Shown in pieces: positions 26,281-38,520 of a stretch of DNA of 64,000 bases. The translations under genes were made by a program, and so were the position numbers. The number at the start of each line of letters is the position of its first letter. Within the stretch, counting starts at the first letter, position 1. The notes beneath the pieces were generated by a model. That model saw only the letters and a list, made by a program, of their open reading frames with translations, searched no databases and was not told the DNA's origin. The stretch comes from Glaucostegus cemiculus. Its lineage: Eukaryota. Location of the stretch: the NCBI GenBank assembly GCA_976551045.1, contig CDPCPM010000073.1:24180001-24244000 (forward strand). Reading direction: 5' to 3'.

Positions 26281-26515
26281 TGTAGCAGCCAGCAGGGTGC
26301 GACTTAAAAGAACACGAGGACACGGAGACTCGATCGAGCACATTTTTAATAACTCACCAAAAGCCGCGCATATCCCGAACTACAAAAAACATGGCCGGCG
26401 GAAGTGACGTCATACTCCCACCGGAAGTCCCGCCTTCCGGCACTATCGCGGGAACTCACGCGTTTCCCTGCGACAGCCAACGGCGTTTCAGATCCCGATA
26501 TCGTGAGTCACTACA
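26281..26515 (-). repeat. 5' LTR of Gypsy element
   Basis: tgtagcagcc...agtcactaca followed by TSD gaat. Minus-strand ATTAAA is a possible poly(A) signal. Confidence 0.97.
26385..26440. promoter_or_regulatory. LTR promoter motif cluster: YY1-like, overlapping ETS-CRE, two further ETS cores
   Basis: AACATGGCCG, GCGGAAGTGACGTCA (26398-26412), CCGGAAGT and CTTCCGG. The same motifs are kept in the 3' LTR (22373-22387). Confidence 0.6.
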
Positions 26516-27014
26516 GAATTGTATTATTATAAGTACTGTTTGGTCAGATAAATATGACATAGTCAGGTTTATTAGCTGTGAAGACTCCTGAAGATTTGAA
26601 ATACATATTAATGTACTATTGAGCAATACTGCTGTGAAAAATGATTTTGTCCTCATCTGAAAAGATGAGTGAAGAGTTTGTCACAGCCTAAGTGGCTAGG
26701 TTGATAGAAAGAAATGAAAATTATATTACTCTTTGATTTTTTATTGTTGATAAACTGCATTATTTGTTTAAAATTCACTTTAATTCTGAGTGTCTTTCAG
26801 CAAGTATAAATTGAAATTGATATGAAAACAAACATTTGGCTGTGATAAGCCTTGATATAATTTCAAAAGCATGTTTTATGGTTTGCTATCAATATGTCAC
26901 TTTATTTGCCTTCATTGATCAGAAAGAATCAAGTACAGGCTTGGTGTTGAGCTTGGGAGAGCACAAAATGGCGCTAAATCAGGGCAGACTAATATAAATA
27001 ATGTAAGTGAACAG

Positions 27015-27621
27015 ATTGGTATTAGTATTGGTTTATTATTGTCACTTGTACAGTGAAAATCTTGTCTTATAAACCAATTGTACAGGTCAATTCATTACAC
27101 AGTGCAGTTACATTGAGTTAGTACAAAGTGCATTGATGTAGTACAGGTAAAAACAGTAACAGTACAAAGTGTCGCAGCTACAGAGAAAGTGCAGTGCAAT
27201 AAGGTGCAAGGTCACAACAAGGTAGATCGTGAGGTCAGAGTCCATCTCATTGTATAAGGGAACCGTTCAATAGTTTTATCATAGTGGGGTAGAAGTTGTC
27301 CTTAAGTCTGGTGGTACGTGTCCTCAGGCTCCTGTATCTTCTACCCGATGGAAGAGGAGAGAAGAGAGAATGTCCCGGATGAGTGGGGTCTTTGATTATG
27401 CTGGCTGCTACACCAAGACAATGAGAGGTAAAGACAGAGTCCAAGGAGGGGAGGCTGGTGTTCGTGATGCGCTGGTCCACAACTCTCTGTAGCTTCTTGC
27501 GGTCCTGGGCAGAGCAGTTGCCATACCAAGCCATGATACATCCAGATAGGATGCTTTCTATGGTGCATCGGTAAACGTTGGTGAGAGACAAAGGGGACAA
27601 ACCAAATTTCTTTAGCCTCCT
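27015..27621 (-). mobile_element. Rex1/Babar LINE family A, 5'-truncated copy
   Basis: ORF 27247-27600 (YRCTIESILSGCIMAWYGNC...GRRYRSLRTRTTRLKDNFYP) plus a 3' UTR matching 20225-20470. Confidence 0.92.
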
Positions 27622-28609
27622 CTCATATACTTTATCCTCAGACCATGCCCCTAGTTCAAGATTTTCCCATTGTCATACTTTGTGGGACTTCACCCAGAGG
27701 TCCTTGATGAGCTATTGGCTTCATTTTCCAGCTCCAGGTTATTTCCATTTTTGCCTCATTATTTCATTAGGAACAGAACCTCTGTAAGTAAAGTCCTGGC
27801 TCTGAGAAAAGTATTGGATGGAACTCCTGCAGAACTTACAGGGAATGATTTAGAAACAGAAGCAAATAGTGTACTCTGCTTGGAAAAAGTGGGGTTTACT
27901 TGCTACACTGGTCTTGCCTTCTCTACCTTCCTCAGGGCCTGTACTTGTTCTTCTGTAGTAAGGCAATTCACTGCAGAGTGCATAATGCATTAGAACAGAG
28001 GTTTCCAAACCATTCTTTCTGCAGCCCACTTCAAAGAGATCTGTTTTTTGTCTCTGCTTCACCCCACCTTATCCACACTAATAAAGCAATTGAATAAAAG
28101 CTAATTGACACGTACCTTACTCTTCCAAACAAGAAACTACTAAATGAAAGTTGGGCCCATACAGCCAGCATAACAAATCTTTAAAACATAACACTATTAA
28201 CCATATTCTCTGCCAACACCGAGCAAATCATAATTAAATAAAACTTATATTCTTTGATGGTACAGGGAAACAAAAACTGTCAGTTGAGCCATGTCTTCCC
28301 CAAAACTAAGTAAGAGGTTGTTTTCTCCAAAACTGAACAGAAATTCCAGGATGGCAAATTTATAACCAATAATAATATTTGACATTATATTGCAGAATCA
28401 TTGGAATAATTGAGCTTCTCATGTTCTAGTATTCTTGTCTGATAAAAGAGAGGACAATAATTCTCCTTTTAATAACATCTGATTGGTACGGACAATTTTC
28501 CACTGTTTTTACAGCTCTTTTTGGACACACTGTTTGACTGCACCTGAAGAAACCAAACTTCTAAGCTGTTGCTTTGACTCTACAAGTGTCTTCATTGAAG
28601 GTCAAAATC

Positions 28610-29300
28610 TAAGAAGTGTGAATAGGCCACATGGCCTTTTGAACCAGCCTATTCCATCATTCAATAAGCTGATGAGCTTGTTCCATCACTTAATGACATC
28701 ACGGCTCATTCTTTACTTCAATTCTGTTTTCACATCTAGTTCCCTATCTCTTGATCCTGTCAGTGTCTAAAGATGTGTTAAACTCAGCTTTGAATGTACT
28801 AATGGACCAAACAGCCATAGTTCTCTCAGGTAGAGAATTCTGAAGACTTACAACATTCTGAGCAGAGAAAGTTCTCATCATCTCAGCTGACCCTTTATCC
28901 TCAAACCATGCCCCTAGTTCAAGATTTTCCCTTCTCAGCATCAACCCATTCAGCATTTTCAGAAGTTTGTATAACTTAATGAAATCTCCTCCTATTCTTC
29001 TAAAGTCCTGTGAGCCAGGAATCAGTTTAGTGAACTGGCACAAAGGCATGTGTATCCTTCTTTAGATTTAGAGTCTAAAACAGCACACAATACTCCAAAT
29101 AAGGTCTCATGGAAGCCTTGCACAATCTCAGCAATACTTCCTTCGTTTTGTACTCCAGACCTCTTGTAAGAAAGACCAACATATTATTTACCTTCTTAAT
29201 TTCTTGCAGTATCTATTGCTTGCTATGCATTCTGCATCTCATAGACCTCTCTGTACACCAACACTTACCAGTTTCTCACAGATTAAGAAATGTTTATTTT
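28610..29300 (-). mobile_element. CR1 3' fragment, old
   Basis: Minus peptide RRIGGDFIKLYKLLK...FSAQNVVSLQNSLPE. Confidence 0.7.
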
Positions 29301-31004
29301 TTGATTATTGCTGCATTTTCTCTTTATCTTCCACTTATTTAAAAAAAATCCATTCACTGTGGCCAAGAAGTTACTCCACACTGTTTTTGGTTGCAAAAAC
29401 TGCTTTGTGCAAATGTTGTTTGTGAAAATCAACTAGGTTAAGAAAAGTCAAATGCAAGGTTCACAGAACAGCGTTGTTAGGTTCCCCAGTGCAATACCAT
29501 TTGGAATCTGACCTTGCCAGTTTAGTGCTGCATTCTATAATAATGTGCTACAATTTTTTTTACAATTGTCACTATGTAATCCAGCAGTTTCAATCTGTTT
29601 GCAGGAGTTCATAAAGGGAATACAAGCAACGCTCTTCCAGTTACATGCAATATTACTAATGGGTGCTACAGTAATGAGAAGGGTTGCTATTAATGGGTTA
29701 AAGGGACTTAGATGGGGTGGAGAAAAGGAGGTATGTTCTTTGTACACTGGGAGCCACAAAGATCCTTCAATGCTACAGCCAGGCACTCCTGATGATAGGT
29801 TACCACACAGGTACTGTAAGGTCACAAGTGCCATCTATGAATGCACTTTGGAGGAAAATGCTATGCAGGCAAATATCCCTGTCTACTCTGCTTGCCTCTG
29901 TGGGTGGAAGGTAGATGAAGTCTCTTCTCCCTGAAAGCAGAGCATGGGTGGGCTCCAGAACACAGCAGTAAGCAGCAAATGGTGAGACCAAGATCAGCAG
30001 GAATGGTCCTGAGGGTAAGAGATGGAGAGTAACCATGACTGTGGTAAAGCAGTCCAACCTCACATGCTAAGCTGTACTTAAGATCAATGGAGGTTTCACA
30101 CCTCGGAGAGAACAAAGAATGCAGTTTATCTGTTGGCCCTTCCGACAATATAGCTTTAGAGCAAACAAGGTTAGTCATACATGGTTGTTCTGTGAGTAAA
30201 TAAGAACCATTATCTTTCAGACCAGTGAGGTTGAAATTCTTACTGAGAACTGATTTTGTGTGTTTTGCTGCTGTTGATGTCTCTTGGGCTGCAAGTGATG
30301 GTCCCGCAACATCAGAATATTAAGATGAGCTGTACAGAAATATAAGGATTGTTCTTGCATGCAGTCAAGCATTGAAGGGGTCAATAAAGACAAGTCTGCT
30401 TTATGTCATTTATCTCCCCAGTTTAGGCTAAACTTTCCTGAAACAAGAAACCTGCACTGGAGGGTTTCCCTCAACAGCCATACCTCACTAAGCAGGAGAC
30501 ACCATCCAACCGAAAGACAGAAGGATTTCTAAGGTCCTAATCACAGGAACTGCAGGAGCCGTGTGCAATCTGCAAGATAGTTAGACCAGTGCTTCATACT
30601 GATGAGTACATGGTTTGATCAGCGTACAATCACTGGCACCTGTGACATTGCTTTACATGAAGATGTAACTGCTGCAGTTCCATGTACCCTCTTCACAAGA
30701 GGATGAAGAGATGGAGAAAGAGGATCTGGAGAGGATGAGAATGATGGTGATGACCACACTGCCTCATGGCACCTCATATTCCCACAGTATCGGCTTGATG
30801 GTCGGAACCAAATGGGTTGAAGATGTTAGTTTCAATGCACATGACACGTGGAGATTGAACAGAAACTAGCAGCAGGCTTAGGAATCTGGTGTGGGTTGGC
30901 TATCAAAATGGGGTTTAATCATCCCTAGAGAGTAAGAGGAATACCACAATTAGGAAGGTTTTATGACAATGCACACTGAAATGGTGAAAGTCCTTCCTAC
31001 AGGA

Positions 31005-31330
31005 GATAGAGTCACACAGTCATATAGAAATATAACACGAGACAGGCCCGTCAGCCCACTGTTTCTGTCCTTACCATTACCACCCATTTACATAAATCCC
31101 ACATTAATCCCATTCTATTCTCCCCACTTTCTCATCAACACCTCCCAGATTCTACCACCCACCCACACACTAGGGGCAATATACAGTGGCCAGTTTGCCA
31201 ACCAATGCACGCACTTCAGGGATATAGGAGGAAATCGGAGCACTTGGAGGAAATGCAGGCGGTCACCAGGAGAACATGCAAATTCCGCACAGAAAACACC
31301 AGAGGTCAGTATTGAACCCATATCACTGCC
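31005..31330 (-). mobile_element. V-SINE (HE1-like tRNA-derived SINE)
   Basis: V-domain reverse complement ggaggaaatcggagcacttggaggaaat...gagaacatgcaaattccgcacaga, B-box-like attgaaccc, CR1-derived tail. Confidence 0.85.
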
Positions 31331-31937
31331 ACCATGACCCTTTGACTGTATGAGATGATACAGAACGTGGAGGAGTCCATCTCAATGCTTTTCACTGGAA
31401 GCTGTACAGAGGCAGGAATCCACAACTCCTGCCTCAAGCACATTTCATCAAGGACCTTTGCACAACATTTACTGGAGATGGTGAGAACTGTAGTTAAGAC
31501 ATAGATGGAGGCCATCTAAACACTGATCCGGCTAGAAGTCTCTCAGGAGCAAGTTTGCATTGTAACAGAGAAGCAACAAGCCAACAGGCAACAACTTGAA
31601 ATTCTCGTGGAACAGGGAGTTACATGGCCTGAATGAACCATTGTTTGCATGGAACAGTGAGGTGCCATTTGTGATACTCTCACTAGACAAAGCAATGCTA
31701 CCCTTAAGCAGCTTGCTGTCCTTGACAAGTAGAGATTTGCTGCAAGAAAGTAAATTTATCACCTGTGTGAACAAAGAACTGTCAATGTGAACCAATTGCT
31801 CTCCTACAGGGCAATGGAAGTAACATTCAGGAGATTACATCTCATATGCAGGAGCAGTGGCTTGCACGTTCCACCCACACACCTGCTCTGACTGTAAGGA
31901 GAGCTGTCTGTAAGGAGCAGAATGAAGACAGCAAAGA

Positions 31938-32303
31938 TCAAAGTCAAAAGACAATGTCAAAGTCGAGTTTATTGTCATATGTCATGAACAATATTGTCAT
32001 ATTGTTCATGTATGCACAGATGAAAGGAAAAACTTACTTGCAGCAGCGTCACAGGCACATAACCCCACTTTAGCAACAGTCACAAGAAAAAGATAAATAC
32101 AAATCATACACAACTTTTACAAGAAATAACACAACCAGAACAAAACAAAACGAGGTTCATTTTATTGCAAAGTAATCAAAGTGGTCATGGTGGGGCTAAA
32201 CTGTAGTGATTAGGGTTGTGTGGGTTGGTTCAAGAACAGAATGGTTGAAGGGAAGTAGCTGTTCTTGAACCTGGTGGTGTGGGACTTCGGGCTTCTGTTC
32301 CTC
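31938..32303 (-). mobile_element. Rex1/Babar family B 3' end
   Basis: Minus strand encodes RSPKSHTTRFKNSYFPSTILFLN. 3' UTR shared with 828-1080. Confidence 0.82.
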
Positions 32304-32779
32304 TAGTTCAGGCTGCATCAATATACAGGATTGAGCTAGTTGACAGACCCAGAACAAGAGGTGCCTGAACTAGAGGTCCAAGCATTGTCCAGCTGTTGCC
32401 TTAGTTACCCGAGCCTTTGTAGCTTCAGCACATTGCTCTCTCCCATCAATTCCCCTAGGTCTCTCCAACAGCACACTCATCCATGCCCCAGAGCCAGCAA
32501 TCCTAGACTGTTCCTACAATTGTCCAAAAGCAGCGATCTGAAGTCAGCTCCTCTAGGGCAAGAGCTTCTCTAGAGTCAGTGAGAGGGATCAGCATTAGCA
32601 TTATAAGCCCTCCTCAAAGATAGCAAAACACAAAGGTGTTTAATTTCTAGACGTATTGTTACTTTTTGTTTGATTTCATTTGTTATCATCAAGTCTTATT
32701 AATATACTAGCACTGCAGAACTGTGCTCGGGTGTTCTCTTTATACACATTATCATGAGTAGGTAATTGAACAAACTGTG

Positions 32780-33660
32780 GCATCTGTTTGCATTATGGCA
32801 CAGGTTGATATGTATCCTCTTGGAAGCTTGATGGTGTAATGTACATTGTACCAGTCTGATCCAGACTTGAATGATTCCTGGAGACAGTAACTGCATGGCC
32901 ACATCCCTCTTTATTGTGGGATCTATAGGCTCAAACCATTGGTGCTCCTTATTTTAGCAATGACTTTTCTTCCTTACTCATCTTGCACTCACTAGTTACT
33001 GGTCCATCTCAGAGATGTGGACTCATGGCTGAAATGGTAAAAAAAATGGAGGTTGCTTGCTGAAGTGGAAGACAATCTGAAATGTATCCTTTCTGTTGGT
33101 GACTTTGCTTTGCTTGGATTTAAATAGACTAAGTGAAAGGACTTCAGTGTTAAGCATTGAATTTTGCAGGGAATTGGCAGAACAGATCAAGTTGCTGAGA
33201 GTTATGGGAAACATTGTGCATCCACCTCCGATGATCAATGGTTGCGACAAGCTGTGCTCCACCCACTTCCCGCACTCAAGAAATTATCTTTTTAAGCAAT
33301 GGATTGACATGAACTTCAACTGGAATGTTCTGAGGGATTTCTCACTGGTAAATAATGTTGGACTTGTTTGGTTTAAAATGTTAACCACTTAAAGAATATC
33401 CACATCCATTGATTACCAACCTAATCAACTTCTCGTGAAGTGCATTTCTCTCAGCTGCTGTGCTTATATTGCTTACATGTTGAGCAGGAGTCCAAAGGAC
33501 TCAGAGTTTGAAGCAAGACTTCCACTTGCAGAATGGAGCAGAAGCAGGGCAAGTCCTATTTTTGCTCAGGATGAGTATGCCACTCAATTGGTGACAGTTT
33601 CTGCAGCAAGCCATTGAAATGTACCCCTTCCTTGATGGGTGCCACAAAGTACCTGTGCAC
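32780..33660 (-). pseudogene. Possible second, older Harbinger transposase relic
   Basis: Colinear weak motifs AETVTN, ALLLLHSASGSL, TNRKD and SLDQTG..LHYT..TCAIM. Confidence 0.35.
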
Positions 33661-33869
33661 CTGCAAAGGAGAATATGAGAGGTGACTCAGTGTAGCCTCT
33701 GTTCTCATGTCTTCTTTGTGGTGAAGCATCAAGGAATAGGAGTTGTTTTGTTTGGAACTCATACCATGCAAGCTTGATAGGAGCAACATCTCTCCCTAAG
33801 GAAAGCCCCTCCCTCTGTTGTAGCAGGGGCATCCCTCCTTCCCATTGCTGGGAAATGACACCATGGGCA

Positions 33870-34700
33870 AAAATCAAAGAATTTCCTTTCCTCTTCTGCA
33901 TCTTCAGATTCTTCCTCCTCTACATTCAGGACATCAGGCTTCAGCACTCCTTCCTTTTCTTCCTCCAGTCCATGTTGCTGCCAGCACAGAGCACACAATG
34001 ATGCTTCTTGGATTAGACTGGAGAGCAACCCCTCCCCCTCCCAACCAATCACCAGCCAATGGAAACTCTGGATCTGCACTTTAACACCATCATGGCTTTC
34101 CCTACCAAGATTCTATCGCTGATGTAGCTGCCACTCTAGTGATGCTCTGCAGCTGCGCCAGTGGATCTCACAGGAGCGAAGAACAAGGAAGGAGCGGGTC
34201 ACCATTGTGCCGCTGGATCTATCCGTCCAGGAAGTGGCATCCACTAGGCTCGTGGTTTGCTCTCCTTAAGGATGAATGCATTATTGGGGCTACCAAGAAA
34301 CATGGCATTGACCATGGGGAACATCAGGGAAAGGTCAGGGTGGAGCTTATTGAACCTCTGGAAAGTCAGTTGCTTGCCTAATATGATACCTACTCCTCAC
34401 TACAATCGCAGAAGATAAAGTTATCCCTCCCCAGGTGGAGTGTCTGGGCAACCTCTTTGATATTGCAGAGGGTGCTTTAAATGATCCTAGGGCAAGGAAA
34501 TTGACCTCAAAGGACATCGTAGTCCAGGCACAAAAGCATGGCCTAAGTTCCTCCCTTAGTAGGTCACTTTTCTCCATTATGACAGCCTTTGGGAAACCTG
34601 AACCTGTGAAGACATTGTTTATCAGGAAGTCTAGGGTGGAATTTGCTGTATTTGATCCTCTGGGCATTGTCCCTTTTTGGAGGGGCATACATGTGCCTTC
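33870..34700 (-). pseudogene. PIF/Harbinger DDE transposase relic (HARBI1-family), decayed
   Basis: Colinear motifs across frameshifts: QCLHRFRFPK (~34600), NFLALGSF, DFPEVQ (~34355), MVNAMFLGSPNNAFILKES (~34290), VLKCRSR (~34075), ALQSNPRSIIVCSVL (~34000), then an acidic tail. Confidence 0.8.
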
Positions 34701-36049
34701 TGTCCCCTACCCACCCTACATGGCCAATCATCACCACTTCAGTTCCTCCAGTAATAGATATCATTGTTGATTTGACGACAGCTGCCACATTGTAAGCACT
34801 TATAATCAGTAAAAGGCATTCACTGTGTGATGCATCAGGTTCCGGATGATGTTGGGGAAAGCCTCCAGTGAGCACTGAAGATGCCCAGTCAGGTGTCCTG
34901 TCATCAGAAGGGAGTCTCATATAAAGCAAGTTCCTCTAATTGCTTAAGAATCCATGCAACCTTATATGAAACCAACACCCTCATCCCCACCCTCCCTGGC
35001 CCTTTCATTCCAGGCCCCATGATACAGGTTTTCAATAATTACCCCACCCCTTTTCCTCCTGATCAATGCCCAACTACAGCAACTCCTGATCACTCCTGAA
35101 TTCCCAATTACCCATGCCCATCTCCCAATCATCCCTCAATTCCTAGTCACCCTGTGGCTTCTCATCACCTCCCATCCTCCGCAGTACTGACTACCCATCT
35201 CTAAATGAACTACATTTATTTTTACTCCTTAGAGAATTATAGAAACTGTTGAAATATATTTTGTTTTACTCCTTTTTAATTTGTTCCAAGACTCTATGAG
35301 AATGCAGTTTTTTGCAAGACATTCTGAGCAAATACCATAAACTTTGCAGTGATGTCATGATTATAAGTATCTACCTTGTCTGCCATGCCTTGTAGCTGAT
35401 TCCTCAGCCACTTGGTGCTTCTGAGTTTGCGTGTCATGAGCATTCAGTACTCTCTATGTCAGTGAGGAACTTTCTCCCCCTTTACTGTGTCGAATCCAGC
35501 ATATGTCTCTGAATCTTTGCTCTTGGACAGAATACACCATTTTCTATGAACTTCTACCTTCACTGCAGAGTAGGTGTAAAACATCTTTTCAATGATTAAT
35601 AAGTCATATCTGAGAGGGAGTTAAATACTCACTTATTAAAGTTCTGTAAAAGCCATCATAAATAATAAGGTATTAACAAATAAAAATCATCCTTTCACTA
35701 GGTAGCGTCATCAAAATTGTTAGTCCAACTTGAAAGCTAGAATTAGCATAGTGCTAAACATGATTAATATTACATCAGTACCTTTTTCCTCAAGTTGACA
35801 TAATCAGGAATCTTAGCCCTTCTTAGACAAGAACCACATGGTCTATATAATTCTTGTGAGATATGGCCCATGTCTTCATCTCATGTGACACGTTTTATTT
35901 TCAGAAAAGCGTCATCCCAATCATATTAGCTGAAAAGAGAGTGCAAGGAAGAGTTACAGCACTGTTCTCAAGTGAAAAAGTGCTAAGTTATTCAGAATGA
36001 TTTGAGCGGGTTATGTGAAGTAACCTAGAAGGACGGTAATGAAGAAAGA

Positions 36050-36965
36050 ACTGAACTAAATGGACTATGCATGGCAGGTGGAATTTAATGCGGAAGATTG
36101 TATGGTGCAGAGAAAATAGAAGAGTAGTGATTTTTCAAAGGATGAGAGCTTGAAAAATGTTGGTGTTCAGAGAGACCTGGACATCCTTGTACATGAATCA
36201 CTGAAAGTTTAAATGCAGGTACAGCGAGCAATTACAAAGCAAATGATATATTGGCCTTTATTGCAAGAGGGTTTGAATACAAGAGTTAAGATGTCTTACA
36301 GAAATTATATTGGACCCTGGTGATATTTGCATCTGCAAATCTGGAATATTGTGCACAGATCTTTTTTTTTGACTTACAGCATGGTAACAGGCCTTTTCGG
36401 CCCAACGAGTCCGCACCGCCCATTTTAACTCCCCAAATTAACCTACCCATAAGTCTTTTTTTTTAGATCAGGATTTTTTAAGATCTTGTCTCTCTATCCA
36501 GGGATGCTTACAATAGACAGTCTGTGTGCAACAACAAGATTCTCCAAAATGGTTCCTAGAATGGGGAATTTGAAAAGTAAAGAGAGATATATGATTTATA
36601 ATCTTTAGAGTTTAGAAATATGAGCAATTAAAAAAAGGTCATGCAGGAGTTAATAGGGTAGGTGCAGGGATGGTGTTTCCCCTGTCTGGATGTATAGAAC
36701 CAGGTGCCACAATCTCTAATTGAGGGATTGGCCATCTATTACAGAAATTTGCAGAAGGTAGCAATTTTTTAGAATTCTCTGTCCCAGAGAGTGAGGGGTG
36801 GGAATGGGGGTGTGACGTGTGATTCAAGACAGAGAGCCATAGATTTTTAGATATTGTGAATCAAGGGATATTGGGTTAGTGCGGAAAGTAGTGCCGAGGT
36901 AGAAACAATAATCAGCTATGATTTTATTGAATGACAGACCAGGTCTATTCCTGCTATTTCTTATA
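36050..36965 (+). mobile_element. CR1 RT 3' part, old, with a nested short insertion
   Basis: tggcaggtggaatttaatg, cagagagacctgg, ctggaatattgtgcacag and a CR1-type 3' UTR. Confidence 0.8.
36364..36480 (-). mobile_element. Short poly(A)-tailed SINE 3' fragment with 7-bp TSD
   Basis: AGATCTT at 36357-63 and 36481-87. The body matches 54150-54240. Confidence 0.75.
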
Positions 36966-38520
36966 CAGATACATTATGTAACACAGTGAATGGTGTGCAG
37001 AGATTTAATAAAATGAAATGCAATATTAATCAGATTTTTTTATCTCTAAGAATTTCTGTAGAATCATCTGTTTGATATGACAATGACAAAAAAGTCAAAC
37101 AAATAAAAACTGAAGTAGTGTATTATACAAAAATAATTCTAATGCAGAAGGAATAAGATTCAAGAGGTTGAATTGTCTTTCTTCTCTCCGTGGTGATTTT
37201 TATTTAAATGTATGATAGACAAAATATTGTTGCATGCCAACATTTTGACAATGAATTCTATTCTGTGAAGTTAAGACAATAAATTTCTGATTTTTTTTAA
37301 GTGTGAGTCTTAGTAATTCCTTGCAACTTTAATGGAAAGATTTCACTGGTGGAGATTGATTAATTTTAAAAAGATCCAATTCATAGCACTCAAACCAGCA
37401 CAACAATCTTTTTTTTTTATTTCATTCTGTTCATATTTTCATAAATTTATATATTGGAACACTTGCTTTGAAAGCATTTGAAGTAATGCAAAAGTGGAAA
37501 TCTCCCATGAGATAGGTGTGAACTTGGCCAAGCTAAAAATGCATTTCTTTTCCCTAGCAGAAAGATATTGGATTTAGGCTTTTAACATTTCACACATCAG
37601 CAGGTCTCCATAGTATTATTCCCAGTTTGCTTTCTGCAATGTCTGAGCTGTGCTGATCAAAATAATCTATATCACTAAAATGAAGACACGCGCCATATTT
37701 TCCACATCAGATAGCTATCAATAAACACAAGATCAAATTGACAGCATCAGTCCTTTCCCCCACACACGCTTTTTCAGTCCCATCAATAAATTTAAAGTGT
37801 TTCAACTAATAAATGAATGACTCCTAGGCTAAAGGCCATTGAGGATTGTAAATTGATTACAATTTATCACAAAAGGAGAACTTGATACAAAATTAAAATT
37901 GAAACATTAAAAGCTCCATTGAGTCAAATCAGTTTAAAGATTATTTGTTAAGATGCCTAATGATGCTACCAGACATCCTCCGTTCTCCTCTTGGATAATG
38001 TAACATTTTTAATTATGTTCTTGTGATTACCTCAGTATTTCCATACATGACCCTACACTTACATTGAGAAGTTGTAATGGAATGAAATAACAGAATAGAA
38101 ATATATAAAATGCACAATGAAATTTGCATATTTTTATAGAAGATATTCAAGGAGTTAAGTAGGATCAGATATCTGAAATGTATTTACTAATTTTTTTCTG
38201 CATCATGATCAAATCCATGTGCCAATATTCTTCTTGATTATTAAGTTCCTGTTTTTCTCTCCTCTAAAAAAAAGTTACTCCCCACCTTTCTTATTCTTTA
38301 ACTGTATTAAACAATCTCTTTATCCTCAGTTTTGTTTTCTCCTCAATTAAATTGTAGCAAGAAATCTTTCTCCAAGATACCACAATCATTGCATTTCCCA
38401 GGCTGAAAAAAAGGCACAATGAGTTCCATTTCACTTTCTGTACTGTAAGTACTTGCTTTGGATATTATGACTCTAGTTTTTTTTTAAACTGAAGTTGCTT
38501 TAAACAGTGTGAATTATGTT

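Larger units (their letters stand above)
22256..26515 (-). mobile_element. Full-length Ty3/Gypsy LTR retrotransposon, CsRn1-like clade, inactivated
   Basis: Two 235-bp TG...CA LTRs, GAAT TSD (22252-55, 26516-19), PBS, PPT, and gag-PR-RT-RH-IN order. Confidence 0.97.
29850..32600 (+). pseudogene. Possible decayed Myb/SANT-like companion gene of a Harbinger transposon, interrupted by later insertions
   Basis: SLSTLLASVGGR*MKSLLPESR resembles the Myb/SANT-like start (SLEVLL..V..RR.VLFP). Acidic tract at ~30700. Faces the transposase relics. Weak homology. Confidence 0.35.

Noticed and set aside
22329-26656. Many overlapping 60-226 aa ORFs on both strands
   Set aside because: Alternative-frame shadows of the GC-rich Gypsy gag/pol, with no independent motifs. 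No env-like ORF fits between integrase and the LTR.
33759-34079. Acidic 106-aa ORF as a host exon
   Set aside because: Explained as the acidic C-terminal tail of the decayed Harbinger transposase.
34840-34880. GFPQ...DASH as a Harbinger catalytic motif
   Set aside because: It lies upstream of the N-terminal motifs, out of order. The colinear equivalent is DFPEVQ at ~34355.
12052-37704. Identical 14-mer cgccatattttcca at 12052 and 37691
   Set aside because: Several 14-mer matches are expected by chance in 64 kb, and the match does not extend.
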